A stretch of DNA of 64,000 nt, from positions 2,903 through 66,902 of the forward strand of contig CAWGVH010000001.1 in NCBI GenBank assembly GCA_963825995.1, given 5' to 3'. The notes below the pieces were generated by a model, which saw nothing but the letters and a program-made list of their open reading frames with translations, searched no databases and was not told where the DNA came from. Below, one piece after another: positions 27,521 through 37,022 of this stretch; positions within the stretch are counted from its first letter, which is position 1, and the number at the start of each line of letters is the position of its first letter. The position numbers and the translations under genes were made by a program. This DNA comes from an uncultured Chloroflexia bacterium. Lineage in GTDB: Bacteria > Chloroflexota > Limnocylindria > Limnocylindrales > CSP1-4.

Positions 27521-28884
27521 CCCTGTTGGTCGTCAGCCCCGACTACGTCTCACACGCCATCCCGCTGCTCACCATCGCGGAAGCCTGGGCCGCCAAGGGC
27601 GAGCGGGTCGTGGTGGCCACAGGGCCGGCCATCGCCCCGATCGTCGAGGGGGCCGGCTTCGAGCACGCTGAGCTCATCATGTCGCGTGGGTCTAACGCGG
27701 GCGCCGCCGTGGCCGAGCGAGGATCGCGCGCCGAGGCACGCTCACTGGACGCCTTCTTCATGGCCACTCGCCGAGGCATGCTCCAGACCCTGCGCTTCCA
27801 GGCGGAGGCTCGCGCCATCGACCTGCTGTGGCAGCCGCAGCTCGTGGCCCGAAGGACGATCCGCATCGTAGAGCGCGTGCGCCCCGACGCCATCCTTGTG
27901 GACCACCTTGCCTTCGCGGCCACGATCGGCCTGCGGGCCATGGGCGTGCCGTACGCAGATGTCGTCGTCGGCCACCCAACGGCACTGCCCGTCGGCGCGG
28001 AGGTCTATGGCGTGCCATCGGCGTGGCCGTCCGCCATCACAGCCGACCAGGTCCAGCTCGCGACGCTGCGGGCCATCGCCCGCGGGGTCAGCGAGGCCTT
28101 TGGCGATGCCTACGATCGCGTCCTGCGCTCGCTGGCGCCGGGGACCGAGCCTGTCGGCGATGCCTTCGCCGCCCACGGGGACCTGGTCCTCTACGCCTAC
28201 CCCGAGGATCTGCACGAGGCGACGCGATCGGCACTCCTGCCGCGACACGCCTTCCTGGGCAGTGCCGTCCGCCACGAACCGCCCGACGACGAAGCGGCGG
28301 CCTGGCTGGCATGCGCCGATGGACGACCACTGGTGGTCGTATCCCTCGGCACCTTCCTCTCTGCGCGCAGCGACGTCCTGGCGCGGGTCGCCGCAGCACT
28401 GCGCAAGGTCGAGGCACGCGTGGCAATCGCCATCGGCGCCAACGACCCCGGGATCATCGGTCCGCTCCCCTTGGACTGGCTCGTGCGTGCCAGCCTGCCG
28501 CAGGTGGCGCTGCTGGGGCATGCCTCCCTGCTCGTGACGCACGGCGGCAACAACAGCGTGACGGAGGCCCTCACTCACGGCGTGCCGCTGTTGGTCATGC
28601 CCTTCTCGAGCGACCAGTTCGACGGTGCCGCGGCCATCGAACGGCATCTGGCCGGTGTGGCGCTGGACCCGAACCGCGCCAGCCGGCCACTCATCGCCGG
28701 GAGCGTCCGCGGCCTGCTCCAGTCCCCACCGACGACGCCCGGACGCATCAGCGAGAGGCTCCGGGCGCTGCCAGGCTCTGAGATCGCCTATGCGGCGCTG
28801 TCTGGAGGCGGCCATCTCGCGCCCCACCCGACCCCCACGGCGACACCCACGGCGAGAAGCAGCGTCGTGACGACCTCCGCCTGA
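27517..28884 (+). CDS. GT1-family UDP-glycosyltransferase (MGT/CrtX-like)
   Basis: GTGA overlap with the upstream stop. The C-terminal motif is LLVTHGGNNSVTEALTHGVPLLVMPFSSDQF. Confidence 0.8.
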   Translation: MTLLVVSPDYVSHAIPLLTIAEAWAAKGERVVVATGPAIAPIVEGAGFEHAELIMSRGSNAGAAVAERGSRAEARSLDAFFMATRRGMLQTLRFQAEARAIDLLWQPQLVARRTIRIVERVRPDAILVDHLAFAATIGLRAMGVPYADVVVGHPTALPVGAEVYGVPSAWPSAITADQVQLATLRAIARGVSEAFGDAYDRVLRSLAPGTEPVGDAFAAHGDLVLYAYPEDLHEATRSALLPRHAFLGSAVRHEPPDDEAAAWLACADGRPLVVVSLGTFLSARSDVLARVAAALRKVEARVAIAIGANDPGIIGPLPLDWLVRASLPQVALLGHASLLVTHGGNNSVTEALTHGVPLLVMPFSSDQFDGAAAIERHLAGVALDPNRASRPLIAGSVRGLLQSPPTTPGRISERLRALPGSEIAYAALSGGGHLAPHPTPTATPTARSSVVTTSA

Positions 28885-28955
28885 CGGAGCTCTCAGGGAC
28901 ACCGGGGCGCTGGACCGCCCTGCCCTGACCATCCACCAGGGCCACGGGAATCGAG

Positions 28956-28983
28956 CGAGCCGGCCCCCGAAGGGACCGGCTCG
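28956..28983. terminator. GC-rich hairpin between convergent genes (possible bidirectional terminator)
   Basis: GAGCCGGCCC-CGAA-GGGACCGGCTC: an 11-bp stem with 1 mismatch and a tetraloop. There is no clear U-tract. Confidence 0.3.
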
Positions 28984-29012
28984 ATCGGCAGGGGGAGAGG
29001 GTGGAGGAGCGG

Positions 29013-29579
29013 TCAGCTCAGAGAGGGCGGCAGCATGACCTTCTGGATGACGTGGATGATGCCCTGGTCGCTGGCGCGGATGTCCGTGGCCAGGATGACC
29101 GCGTCGTCGATGCGCAGCTTGCCACCGCGATCGGTGATGGCGGCCTTGTCGCCGTTGAGCATCTCGACCTTGGAGCCGAGTGCAGCGGTGGCCGTCTTGG
29201 CGTTCACCTTGCCGTCGACGACGTGGTAGGCCAGGATGTCGAGCAGGACGCCCTCACCCAGAAGGCTGTCGACGCTGCAGACGTTGCTGGGGTTGAGGCC
29301 GGCCTTGCCAAGGCCGAGGGCATCGCCCAGGCGGCGGAAGGCCGCATCGGTCGGGGCGAAGAGCGTCTTGTCCGGAGAGGACAGCACGTCCACCACGGCA
29401 CCATCGAGGTAGTCGCAGGTGGCAGCGGTCAGGAGCGTGTCGTAGTTGCCGGTTCGGCTGTTCACGGCGATGGCCTTGTCCACGATCGTCGTGCCGGGGG
29501 CGGCCGAGGCGGCGGCCGGGATGATGGCCGTCACGGAGAGGGCGGCCAGCATCGCGCCAGCCATGATCTTCTTCAACAT
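29013..29579 (-). CDS. secreted fasciclin (FAS1) domain protein
   Basis: ORF trimmed to ATG 29579, which has a GGAGG RBS. It has a signal peptide (MLKKIMAGAMLAALSVTAIIPAAASA) and the motifs TLFAPTDAAF and ILAYHVV..G. Confidence 0.85.
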   Translation of the reverse strand: MLKKIMAGAMLAALSVTAIIPAAASAAPGTTIVDKAIAVNSRTGNYDTLLTAATCDYLDGAVVDVLSSPDKTLFAPTDAAFRRLGDALGLGKAGLNPSNVCSVDSLLGEGVLLDILAYHVVDGKVNAKTATAALGSKVEMLNGDKAAITDRGGKLRIDDAVILATDIRASDQGIIHVIQKVMLPPSLS

Positions 29580-29675
29580 CAGGGGTTCCTCCTTGTGGTA
29601 GTCCGTGTCAGTGCTTGAGGTGGACGGAGGCTTGGGAGCGGATGGAAGATCGTCCCCCAAGCCTCCAGTCGTGGC

Positions 29676-30983
29676 CTAGTTGGCCGACGCGTCCTCGACG
29701 AGGATCACGTTGAACGAGCCACCGCTGAGCTGGCCAATGGCCATGGCGCTGTAGCTCTTGCCGGCCTCGAGCGTGAGGGGTTCGATGTCGAAGGCGGCCT
29801 TCTTGGCGCCGGCGGGACGGACCTCGAGGTCGTACTCACCCGCGGGAACGGTGGCGTAGCCCTTGGCCTTGCCGTACTTGAGGTTCTTGAAGATGGCGTC
29901 CTTGACAGCGCTGCCGTCAGGGGCCACGTCGACCTTGGGCGCGTCGGCGCTCAGGTGCACGACGCGGATCTGGGCCTGGTCGGCGACCGGGGCCGGCTTG
30001 TCCGCGACGATGACCGGGGTGATGTTGGCGAGCTCGTTGGTGGCCGCGACGGTCGTCAGGGTGCCGCCCTCGAAGGTGAGCGGGGCATCGATGACCACGG
30101 GGCCCTCCTCGAGCGAAGCGCCCGCGGGAACGACCTGGATCTGATAGGTGCCGGCCGGCACGAAGAGGTAGTCGGAGATGGCGCCGAAGGGGACGTCCGT
30201 GAGGATGGCCCCGCCGTTGGCGTAGACATCGACGTTCGGAGCGTCGGCCGAGAAGTGACCGACACGCACGCCCGCCAGGGCGGCATCGACGGCCGGCACG
30301 ACCGTGAAGCTGCCGTCCTCGAGGCCGCCGACGGCGAACACGGAGTAGCTCGTGCCGGCGTCGAGGGTGACCTCGGGGATGTCGAAGGCGACGGTGTCCG
30401 TACCCGCGGCGCGGATCTCCAGATCGTAGGCGCCAGCCGGCAGGTCGACGTAGCCGGTGTTGTCAGGGAAGGCCAGGCCCTCGATGAGGGCAGCCTCGCC
30501 GTCAGGGGCGATGTCGACGGCCGGGGCGTCGAAGCTGAAGTGGACGACGCGGACCTGGGTGCCATCGGCGTTGGGAGCGGGGGCGTCGGCCAGGACCTGC
30601 GGGATGATCGCGGTGGCAAGGCTGCCGGTGGCGGCCACGGTGGTCATGGTGCCGGCATCGAAGGTGAGGGGTGCGTCGATGACGACGGGGCCCTCCTCCA
30701 GCGTGGCGCCGCTCGGCACGACCTGGATCTGGTACTCGCCACCGGGGACCTCGAGATAGTCCGTGATGCTGGCGTACTCGAGGCCCTCGACGACGAGGTT
30801 GCCGCCGGCGTACACATCGACGGCCGGGGCATCGCCCGCGCCGTGGAGGACGCGAACCTTGGCCATCGCATCGGCCATCTCGTCCTGGGCGCCGACCGCG
30901 GTCGGGACGACGGCTGCGGCCGAGAGGGCAGCAGCGATACCGATGAGCGCGATCTTGCGCCCTCGGGTGGTTGGCTGAGACAT
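29676..30983 (-). CDS. secreted DUF4397 protein (internally duplicated, four DUF4397-like modules)
   Basis: ORF trimmed to ATG 30983, which has an AGGAAG RBS. It has a signal peptide. Four VR(V/G)(L/V)H..(A/F)DAP.VD(V/I) motifs mark four modules that alternate between two types. The matching segments VVPSGATLEEGPVVIDAPLTFDAG and VVPAGASLEEGPVVIDAPLTFEGG lie in the first and third modules. Confidence 0.8.
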   Translation of the reverse strand: MSQPTTRGRKIALIGIAAALSAAAVVPTAVGAQDEMADAMAKVRVLHGAGDAPAVDVYAGGNLVVEGLEYASITDYLEVPGGEYQIQVVPSGATLEEGPVVIDAPLTFDAGTMTTVAATGSLATAIIPQVLADAPAPNADGTQVRVVHFSFDAPAVDIAPDGEAALIEGLAFPDNTGYVDLPAGAYDLEIRAAGTDTVAFDIPEVTLDAGTSYSVFAVGGLEDGSFTVVPAVDAALAGVRVGHFSADAPNVDVYANGGAILTDVPFGAISDYLFVPAGTYQIQVVPAGASLEEGPVVIDAPLTFEGGTLTTVAATNELANITPVIVADKPAPVADQAQIRVVHLSADAPKVDVAPDGSAVKDAIFKNLKYGKAKGYATVPAGEYDLEVRPAGAKKAAFDIEPLTLEAGKSYSAMAIGQLSGGSFNVILVEDASAN

Positions 30984-31090
30984 CTGGGTGACTTCCTTTC
31001 GGGTTGCGACGGTCAAAGATGTGGAGCGGGCCGGCAGTGGCAAGGGGAAGCGCACTGCCGACCCGGTTGGATCAGTGAAGGTTGGCTGGG

Positions 31091-31840
31091 CTAGGCCGCA
31101 GGGGACTCCTCGGCGTCCATCGACTCTTCGGCCATCATGTCGTCGTCAGCCATGAGGCTGGCGTCGACGGCCGGCAGCACCGTGAAGGAGCCGTCAGCCA
31201 GGGAGCCGATGGCGAAGACCGTGAAGCTGTTGCCACCTGCAAGCGCCAGCGGGTCGATGTCGAAGGCGACGTCGGTCGTGCCGGTCGGGCGGATCTCGAG
31301 GTCGTACTCACCCTCGGGCAGGTCAAGGTAGCCGGCCGCGTTCGGGTAGGCGAGGTTCTCGACCACCACGTCACCACCGTCAAGGGCGATGTCGACCGCG
31401 GGGGCGTCAGCGCTGTAGTGGACGACGCGCACTTGGGCGATACCGTCCTGCGGGTTGGGTTCGTCAACAAGGACCTGAGCCTCGATGGAGGCGAGGGCGT
31501 TGGTCGCGGCGACCGTGGTCATGGTGCCAGCGGCGAACTCGAGGTCGACCGGGCCGATGACCGCGCCGTCGGCGGGATCAGCGCCTGCAGCCACGACCTC
31601 GATGGTGTACGTGCCACCGGGAACCTCGAGGTAATCAGAGAGCACGCCGAAGGGGACCTCGGTGAGGATGGCGCCACCGTTGGCGTAGACGTCGACCGCG
31701 GGCGCGTCCGGGCTGAAGTGCCCGACGCGGACCTTGGCCATGTCGGCCATGTCGTCCTGGGCGGCGACGCCGACCGGAAGGACGGAGATGGCCGCAAGGG
31801 CGGCAGCTGCACCAAGGATCGAGAGCTTCGTGGTTCGCAT
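31091..31840 (-). CDS. secreted DUF4397 protein (two modules) with acidic C-terminal tail
   Basis: ORF trimmed to ATG 31840, which has an AGGAA RBS. It has a signal peptide and is a paralog of the 29676..30983 product (AKVRVGHFSPDAPAVDVYANGGAILTEVPFG..). Confidence 0.8.
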   Translation of the reverse strand: MRTTKLSILGAAAALAAISVLPVGVAAQDDMADMAKVRVGHFSPDAPAVDVYANGGAILTEVPFGVLSDYLEVPGGTYTIEVVAAGADPADGAVIGPVDLEFAAGTMTTVAATNALASIEAQVLVDEPNPQDGIAQVRVVHYSADAPAVDIALDGGDVVVENLAYPNAAGYLDLPEGEYDLEIRPTGTTDVAFDIDPLALAGGNSFTVFAIGSLADGSFTVLPAVDASLMADDDMMAEESMDAEESPAA

Positions 31841-32047
31841 GGTTCGTTCCTTTCCATGAGTGTTGGTCACTGATGTGAGCCTGTGGCTCGAAGCGGCGAG
31901 CCTGGAGGCCCACCGGCGGGGCGGTCGAGGCGCGCTGCGCCCCTTGCGTGGGCCCCTAGCGGGACCACCTGTCGGTCATGTCGTTGTCTCCTCGCTCTGC
32001 TCTCCTGTTCAAGGTCTGTTGACCTGATGGAGCAGACGATACCCGTG

Positions 32048-32080
32048 GTGTCCATACCTTGTCAAGTGTTTGTCTGACCT
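32048..32080. promoter_or_regulatory. weak candidate operator: three TGT (ACA on the minus strand) triplets phased at 11 bp upstream of the CarH/LitR gene
   Basis: TGT occurs at 32049, 32060 and 32071 (GTGTCCATACC TTGTCAAGTGT TTGTCTGACCT), within the 285-bp intergenic region 31841..32125. Confidence 0.25.
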
Positions 32081-32125
32081 TTTCAGCGTGCGGCTGTCAC
32101 ACAGGCGTGATATGGTCAACAAAGC

Positions 32126-33043
32126 ATGTACAGCATCAAGCAAGCTTCAATCCGCTCTGGCGTCAGCGTTCCGCTCATCCGGGCGTGGGAGCGCCGCTAC
32201 GGCGTGGTCAGCCCTAAGCGCACGCCATCCGGCTACCGGCTCTACGACGACGAGGCCATCGCCACCCTCGTGCGCGTGCGGGAGCTGACCGATAGCGGGT
32301 GGGGTGCCAGCGAGGCCAGTCGAGCCATCCTGGCCGGCGAGGTTGGGGTGATGCCCATCGTCCAAATGGCTCCCGTCCCCCTGGGCGACGGGTCCGCACG
32401 CACGCGTCAGGCAGACCTCAACGGGCGGTTCCTGGCAGCCGCAACGGCCATGGACATCGCCGGGACGGGCGCCGTGCTTGACGAGATCCTCGCGCAGGGA
32501 TCGTTCGAGTCCGTCGTCGACGATCTGCTCATGCCGGCCCTCGCGTCACTCGGTCTGGCCTGGACGGAGGGCCGGCTGGACGTCGCGGCGGAGCATGCCG
32601 CAAGCGCCGCTGTCCATCGCCGGCTGTCTGCACTGTACGAGGCGGCCGCGGTCATCGGTGACGTCAGCGTCGTCGTTGGCCTGCCGCCAGAGGGCCGCCA
32701 CGAGCTGGGTGCGCTCGCGTTCGCCGTGGCGCTGCGGCGCCTGGGGGTCGGCGTGCTGTACCTCGGTGCGGACGTGCCCGCCGCCAGCTGGGTGCACGTC
32801 ATCCGGCAGCATCGTGCTCGTGTCGTGGTTCTGGCTGTTGTCCAGGATTCCGACCAGCGTAGGGCGCTCGAGGTTGCAGACGCGCTGCGCGCCGCAGGCC
32901 AGAGCCTCGTCTTCGCGGTCGGTGGCCGCAGCGCCAGATGGGACGGGACGCGGGAAGCCGGTATCGTGGTGCTGCCGGACCGCATCAACGAGGCGGCCGC
33001 GGTGACGGCCAGGCTCGCAGCAGGGTCAGTCGCGGCACGGTAG
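32126..33043 (+). CDS. MerR-family transcriptional regulator with C-terminal cobalamin-binding domain (CarH/LitR-type light-responsive repressor)
   Basis: The N-terminal MerR HTH is YSIKQASIRSGVSVPLIRAWERRYGVVSPKRTPSGYRLYDDEAI. The helical-bundle motif WTEGRLDVAAEH has W-x9-EH spacing. The B12-binding Rossmann segment is VVVGLPPEGRHELGALAFAVALRRLGVGVLYLGADVP. Confidence 0.85.
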   Translation: MYSIKQASIRSGVSVPLIRAWERRYGVVSPKRTPSGYRLYDDEAIATLVRVRELTDSGWGASEASRAILAGEVGVMPIVQMAPVPLGDGSARTRQADLNGRFLAAATAMDIAGTGAVLDEILAQGSFESVVDDLLMPALASLGLAWTEGRLDVAAEHAASAAVHRRLSALYEAAAVIGDVSVVVGLPPEGRHELGALAFAVALRRLGVGVLYLGADVPAASWVHVIRQHRARVVVLAVVQDSDQRRALEVADALRAAGQSLVFAVGGRSARWDGTREAGIVVLPDRINEAAAVTARLAAGSVAAR

Positions 33044-33122
33044 GCTGCCCGGACGGGGTCATCGACACCCAGATAGGACGGGGAGCACAGAACATGAGCA
33101 GGAGCAGCCACTCGCTGCGTGC

Positions 33123-33890
33123 GTGGGCGTGAGGCTCACCGTCCTCGGCTCGTCAGCCGCGTGGTCCGAGCGCCCCGGTCGACCGTCGTCGTCCTATCTC
33201 GTCGAACTCGCGGGAGAGGCGCTGGTGCTGGACCTGGGCCAGGGCGCCATGGGGGCGCTGTTCGGGCATCGCGAACCGTCGACCATTCGAGCCCTGGTGA
33301 TCAGCCACATGCACGCCGACCACCACGTCGACCTGATACCGCTGCGCCACCACCTGCGGTACCAGTTCGAGGAGCCGCGCAGCATCGAGCTGCACGTTCC
33401 CGACGAGCTCAGGCTCCGGTACGACGCCTTCTGCGGCGAAGCGGATTTTCTGCGTGATCTCGTGGGGCCGGAGCTCGTGGCAGGCACCAGGGAGATCGGA
33501 CCATTCAGGCTGGAGGTCCAGCCGGTCCTCCACTCGGAGCACAGCTACGCTTTCCGTGTCGCAGCGGTGGACGATCCGGGTGGTCCGGGCCTGGTCTACA
33601 GCGGCGACTGCGGCCGCGCGGAGGACCTGGCGCCGCTCATCCATGAGGGTGACACCGTGCTCTGCGAGGCCTTCTGGTCGACGCGGACACCCGAACCTGG
33701 GGCCAATCACCTCACCGCCGTCCAGGCAGCGGGCGTGGCGCAACGCGGGCATGCCGCCTGCCTCGTCCTGACCCACATCCTCGAGTCCAACGACCCGCAG
33801 GCCGCCCTGGAGGCCGCTGGGCAGGTCTTCAGCGGTGCCGTGGGCCTGGCCGAACCTGACGGGATCCACCACATCGGAGAGCAGCCATGA
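33123..33890 (+). CDS. MBL-fold metallo-hydrolase
   Basis: VISHMHADHHVD is an HxHxDH motif. GTG start. The stop overlaps the argS start by 4 nt. Confidence 0.8.
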   Translation: MGVRLTVLGSSAAWSERPGRPSSSYLVELAGEALVLDLGQGAMGALFGHREPSTIRALVISHMHADHHVDLIPLRHHLRYQFEEPRSIELHVPDELRLRYDAFCGEADFLRDLVGPELVAGTREIGPFRLEVQPVLHSEHSYAFRVAAVDDPGGPGLVYSGDCGRAEDLAPLIHEGDTVLCEAFWSTRTPEPGANHLTAVQAAGVAQRGHAACLVLTHILESNDPQAALEAAGQVFSGAVGLAEPDGIHHIGEQP

Positions 33891-35584
33891 ACGGGATGGC
33901 CGATCGCAGAAGCCCGGCCCCGTCGGTGCGGACCCGCGTGCAGGGACTCATCGAGCAGGCGCTGCGCCACGCTGTCGAATCGGGTGCCTTGCCGGAGCCA
34001 GGGCCCCGGCAGGCGCCGGAGGTGGAGGTCGAGCGGCCCGCCAATCCGGAGCACGGCGACCTGGCCACCAACCTGGCCATGAAGCTGGCTCGGCCGATGC
34101 GGCGGTCGCCACTGCAGATCGCGGAGGCGCTGGCGGCCAGCCTGCGTGCCCAGTCCACCGGTATCGCCATCAACGACGTGCAGGTGGCCGCGCCCGGCTT
34201 CCTCAACTTGCGCCTCTCGCCCACCTGGCTCGAGGCCGTGCTTGACGAGGCTCTGATGGCCGGACAGGACTTCGGGAGAGTCCGGCCGGAAACCCCGCGG
34301 CACGTGAACGTGGAGTTCGTCTCGGCCAACCCCACGGGCCCCCTGACCGTCGGTAACGCACGCGGCGCCTTCGTCGGCGATCTCCTCTGCCGCGTGCTGG
34401 AAGGCGGCGGTCATCGCGTCACCCGCGAGTACTACTTCAATGACTCGGGCCGCCAAGTCCGGGTGCTCGGCGCTTCCGTGGTCGCCCGTCGGCTCGGACA
34501 ACCGCTGCCAGAGGAGGCGTACCGTGGCAGCTACGTGGACGAGCTGGCCGCGGCCATGCCGGACCACGTCTGGGAGGCCGCCTCAGCTCCGGGCGTCGAT
34601 CGTGATGCTCGCATCGGCGACTGGGCTGGGTCCCAGATCCGCGATGGCATCGAAGCCAGCCTCGAGCGGCTCGGTGTGCACTTCGACGTCTGGAAGAGCG
34701 AGGCGAGCCTGTACGGGGAGGGCTGGGTGGAACGCGCCGTGGCCACGCTGCGCGAGGGCGGCCACGTCTTCGAGTCGGAGGGCGCCACGTGGTTTCGCTC
34801 GACGGCATTCGGCGACGACAAAGACCGCGTCATCTTCCGCTCCTCTGGTGAACCCACCTACTTCGCGTCCGACATCGGCTACGTCTCGGAGAAGTTCAGC
34901 CGCGGCTTCGACAAGCTCATCTACGTGTGGGGTGCCGACCACCACGGGACTGTGGCGCGCGTCCGCAACGCGGCGGAGGCCTTGGGCTTCGACAGGGAGG
35001 CCGTGGAGATGCTCATGGTGGCCTGGGTGCGCTTCGTGCGCGAGGGCCAGGAGATCCCCATGAGCAAGCGATCCGGTGAGTTCCTGACGCTCGACGAGCT
35101 GCTCGAAGAGATCGGGGTTGACGCCGCACGCTGGTCGTTCGCCTCCCGATCGGCAAGCTCGCCCATCGACGTGGACATCGAGCTGGCGCGCCGCCAGTCA
35201 TCCGAGAACCCCGTCTACTACGTGCAGTACGCCCACGCCAGGATCTGTTCGATCCTCTCCAAGGCGACAGCGGTGGGTCTGGCGCGAGCCACGTCGTTCC
35301 GCGGCGTGCTGGCTGACGACGACGTGGCGGCCGGACTGGCACGCGACCTGCTGCGGTTGCCCGAGGTCGTGGAGGACGCGGCGCGCTCGGAGGAGGCGCA
35401 GGGCGTGACCGCGTACGCCACGGAGTTGGCTACCACGTTCCATGCCTTCTACCGAGACCGTCGAGTCATCGACGTCGACGACCCGGCCACCTCGGCTGGC
35501 CGCCTGGCGCTCATCGACCTGGCGCGCTCGGTCATCGGCAACACCCTGGCCCTGCTGGGCATCTCGGCACCAGCGGCCATGTGA
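33887..35584 (+). CDS. argS: arginine--tRNA ligase
   Basis: Class I signatures are present: SANPTGPLTVGNARG (HIGH-like region), YYFNDSGRQV, and MSKRSG (KMSKS). Confidence 0.93.
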   Translation: MNGMADRRSPAPSVRTRVQGLIEQALRHAVESGALPEPGPRQAPEVEVERPANPEHGDLATNLAMKLARPMRRSPLQIAEALAASLRAQSTGIAINDVQVAAPGFLNLRLSPTWLEAVLDEALMAGQDFGRVRPETPRHVNVEFVSANPTGPLTVGNARGAFVGDLLCRVLEGGGHRVTREYYFNDSGRQVRVLGASVVARRLGQPLPEEAYRGSYVDELAAAMPDHVWEAASAPGVDRDARIGDWAGSQIRDGIEASLERLGVHFDVWKSEASLYGEGWVERAVATLREGGHVFESEGATWFRSTAFGDDKDRVIFRSSGEPTYFASDIGYVSEKFSRGFDKLIYVWGADHHGTVARVRNAAEALGFDREAVEMLMVAWVRFVREGQEIPMSKRSGEFLTLDELLEEIGVDAARWSFASRSASSPIDVDIELARRQSSENPVYYVQYAHARICSILSKATAVGLARATSFRGVLADDDVAAGLARDLLRLPEVVEDAARSEEAQGVTAYATELATTFHAFYRDRRVIDVDDPATSAGRLALIDLARSVIGNTLALLGISAPAAM

Positions 35585-37022
35585 AGAGGCCGGCGTGGGG
35601 CCCAGCCTCGAATGATGCGCTGACGCCGCTCCGGCGACAGGGTCGCCGCTGGGGCTAAGGAGCCAGCCCGAGGGCAGCCTTCACGTTCGCGAGCGTGTTC
35701 GGGTCGCTGGTCAGGAGCACCAGCGCTGGATCGGAGATGCCGGTCGAGACATCGGCGGCGATCACGGCATGGGCTCCTGGCAGGTCGGCGATGGCGGCAT
35801 TGGCCGCCTCCACGAACTGGCCCACGTCCTCGGGGCTGTCCCACTTCGTCTGCCAGACGATTGCCCACGTTCCGTCGGGGCCGTCGAGGCTGACGAGGCG
35901 GTCACCGCCCCAGCCGGCCGCGGCGTTGGCCTTGGGCAGCTCGATCGGAGCCTTCGGACCTTCCTGCGTGCCCGGCTGGCCATCGGCCAGCCAGACGGCG
36001 ATGCGGAGCTCGCCCATCGTCTCTCGCCAGGCCTCCACCCAGCCTGCTCCGAGCCGACCGGCGAGGTCGCCGAGGTCGATGGACGTGGGTCGCTCACCCG
36101 GGTAGAGCTTGGGATGCAGGATCTGCTCGGTCGATTCTGGTGGGCTGGCCCAGGCGTTATTGACGCTGGCCCAGCCACCGGCTTCCCGAAGCCGATCAAC
36201 GAAGAGGCGACCTTCAAGGAATGGGAGGTTGTACTCCCGCTGGAGGATCTGCGGCAGGGAGGCGAGGGTGCCGTCGTCGCCCGGTACGATGACATCTTCT
36301 ACCTTGGACTGGTTGCCTGGCGCGATGTTCGAGGCCGCCCAATCAAGCATGACGGCGGTGCCATCACCCTGCTCGAGGGCCAAGCCGGCGAGAGCCTGGT
36401 CGCCCATGGCTGGGTCACTCACGCGGACGCGGCTGATCCCGATCTGCTGGTCGACGGCCGTGCGGCCGAACTCACGCGCCGCGTTGGCCTCGTCGCCGAT
36501 GGTGAGCTTCTCGAGCGAGTTCAGGACTGTCAGGTTGCCACCTCCGGCCTGGTACGCGACCGAGAGCTCCTGGCCGTAGAGCCGGTCGAGCAGGGAGGCC
36601 AGATCGTCGCCTGGTCCGAGCAGGCCGAGGCGCTTGAGCGTCTTGTCTTCGCCGGCGACGGAGGCGGGGTCATGCACGATCTGCGAGCGAGGGCTGAGCA
36701 GTGCCTTCTGGTCAGCGTTGCCGACAGCGTCATATGGGACGGCTCCCAGCGGGAGCTCACGGACGGTCGGGATGGCCGCCGCCGCCGCATCCAGCTGGCC
36801 GCTTACGGTCGGGTTCTGGAGGGTGCCGCCGGCACCCAGTGGCTGGATGGGCGGGCCCAGCGAGACAACGTAGGCGACCGGGCTGTCCTTGATGACCACG
36901 GTGCCCGGCTGCGGATCCTGGGAGAGGACGACACCGTTCGGAACGGCTGGGTCATTGACCTCCGACCGCGCGCCCGGTGTGACCTCGGCAGCCGCAAGCG
37001 TGGCCTGGGCATCCGCCTCCGC

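Noticed and set aside
32127-32132. TGTACA hexamer at the very start of the CarH/LitR coding sequence (ATGTACAGC)
   Set aside because: It is a single unit created by the Met-Tyr-Ser codons, with no phased partner. It is most likely coincidental.
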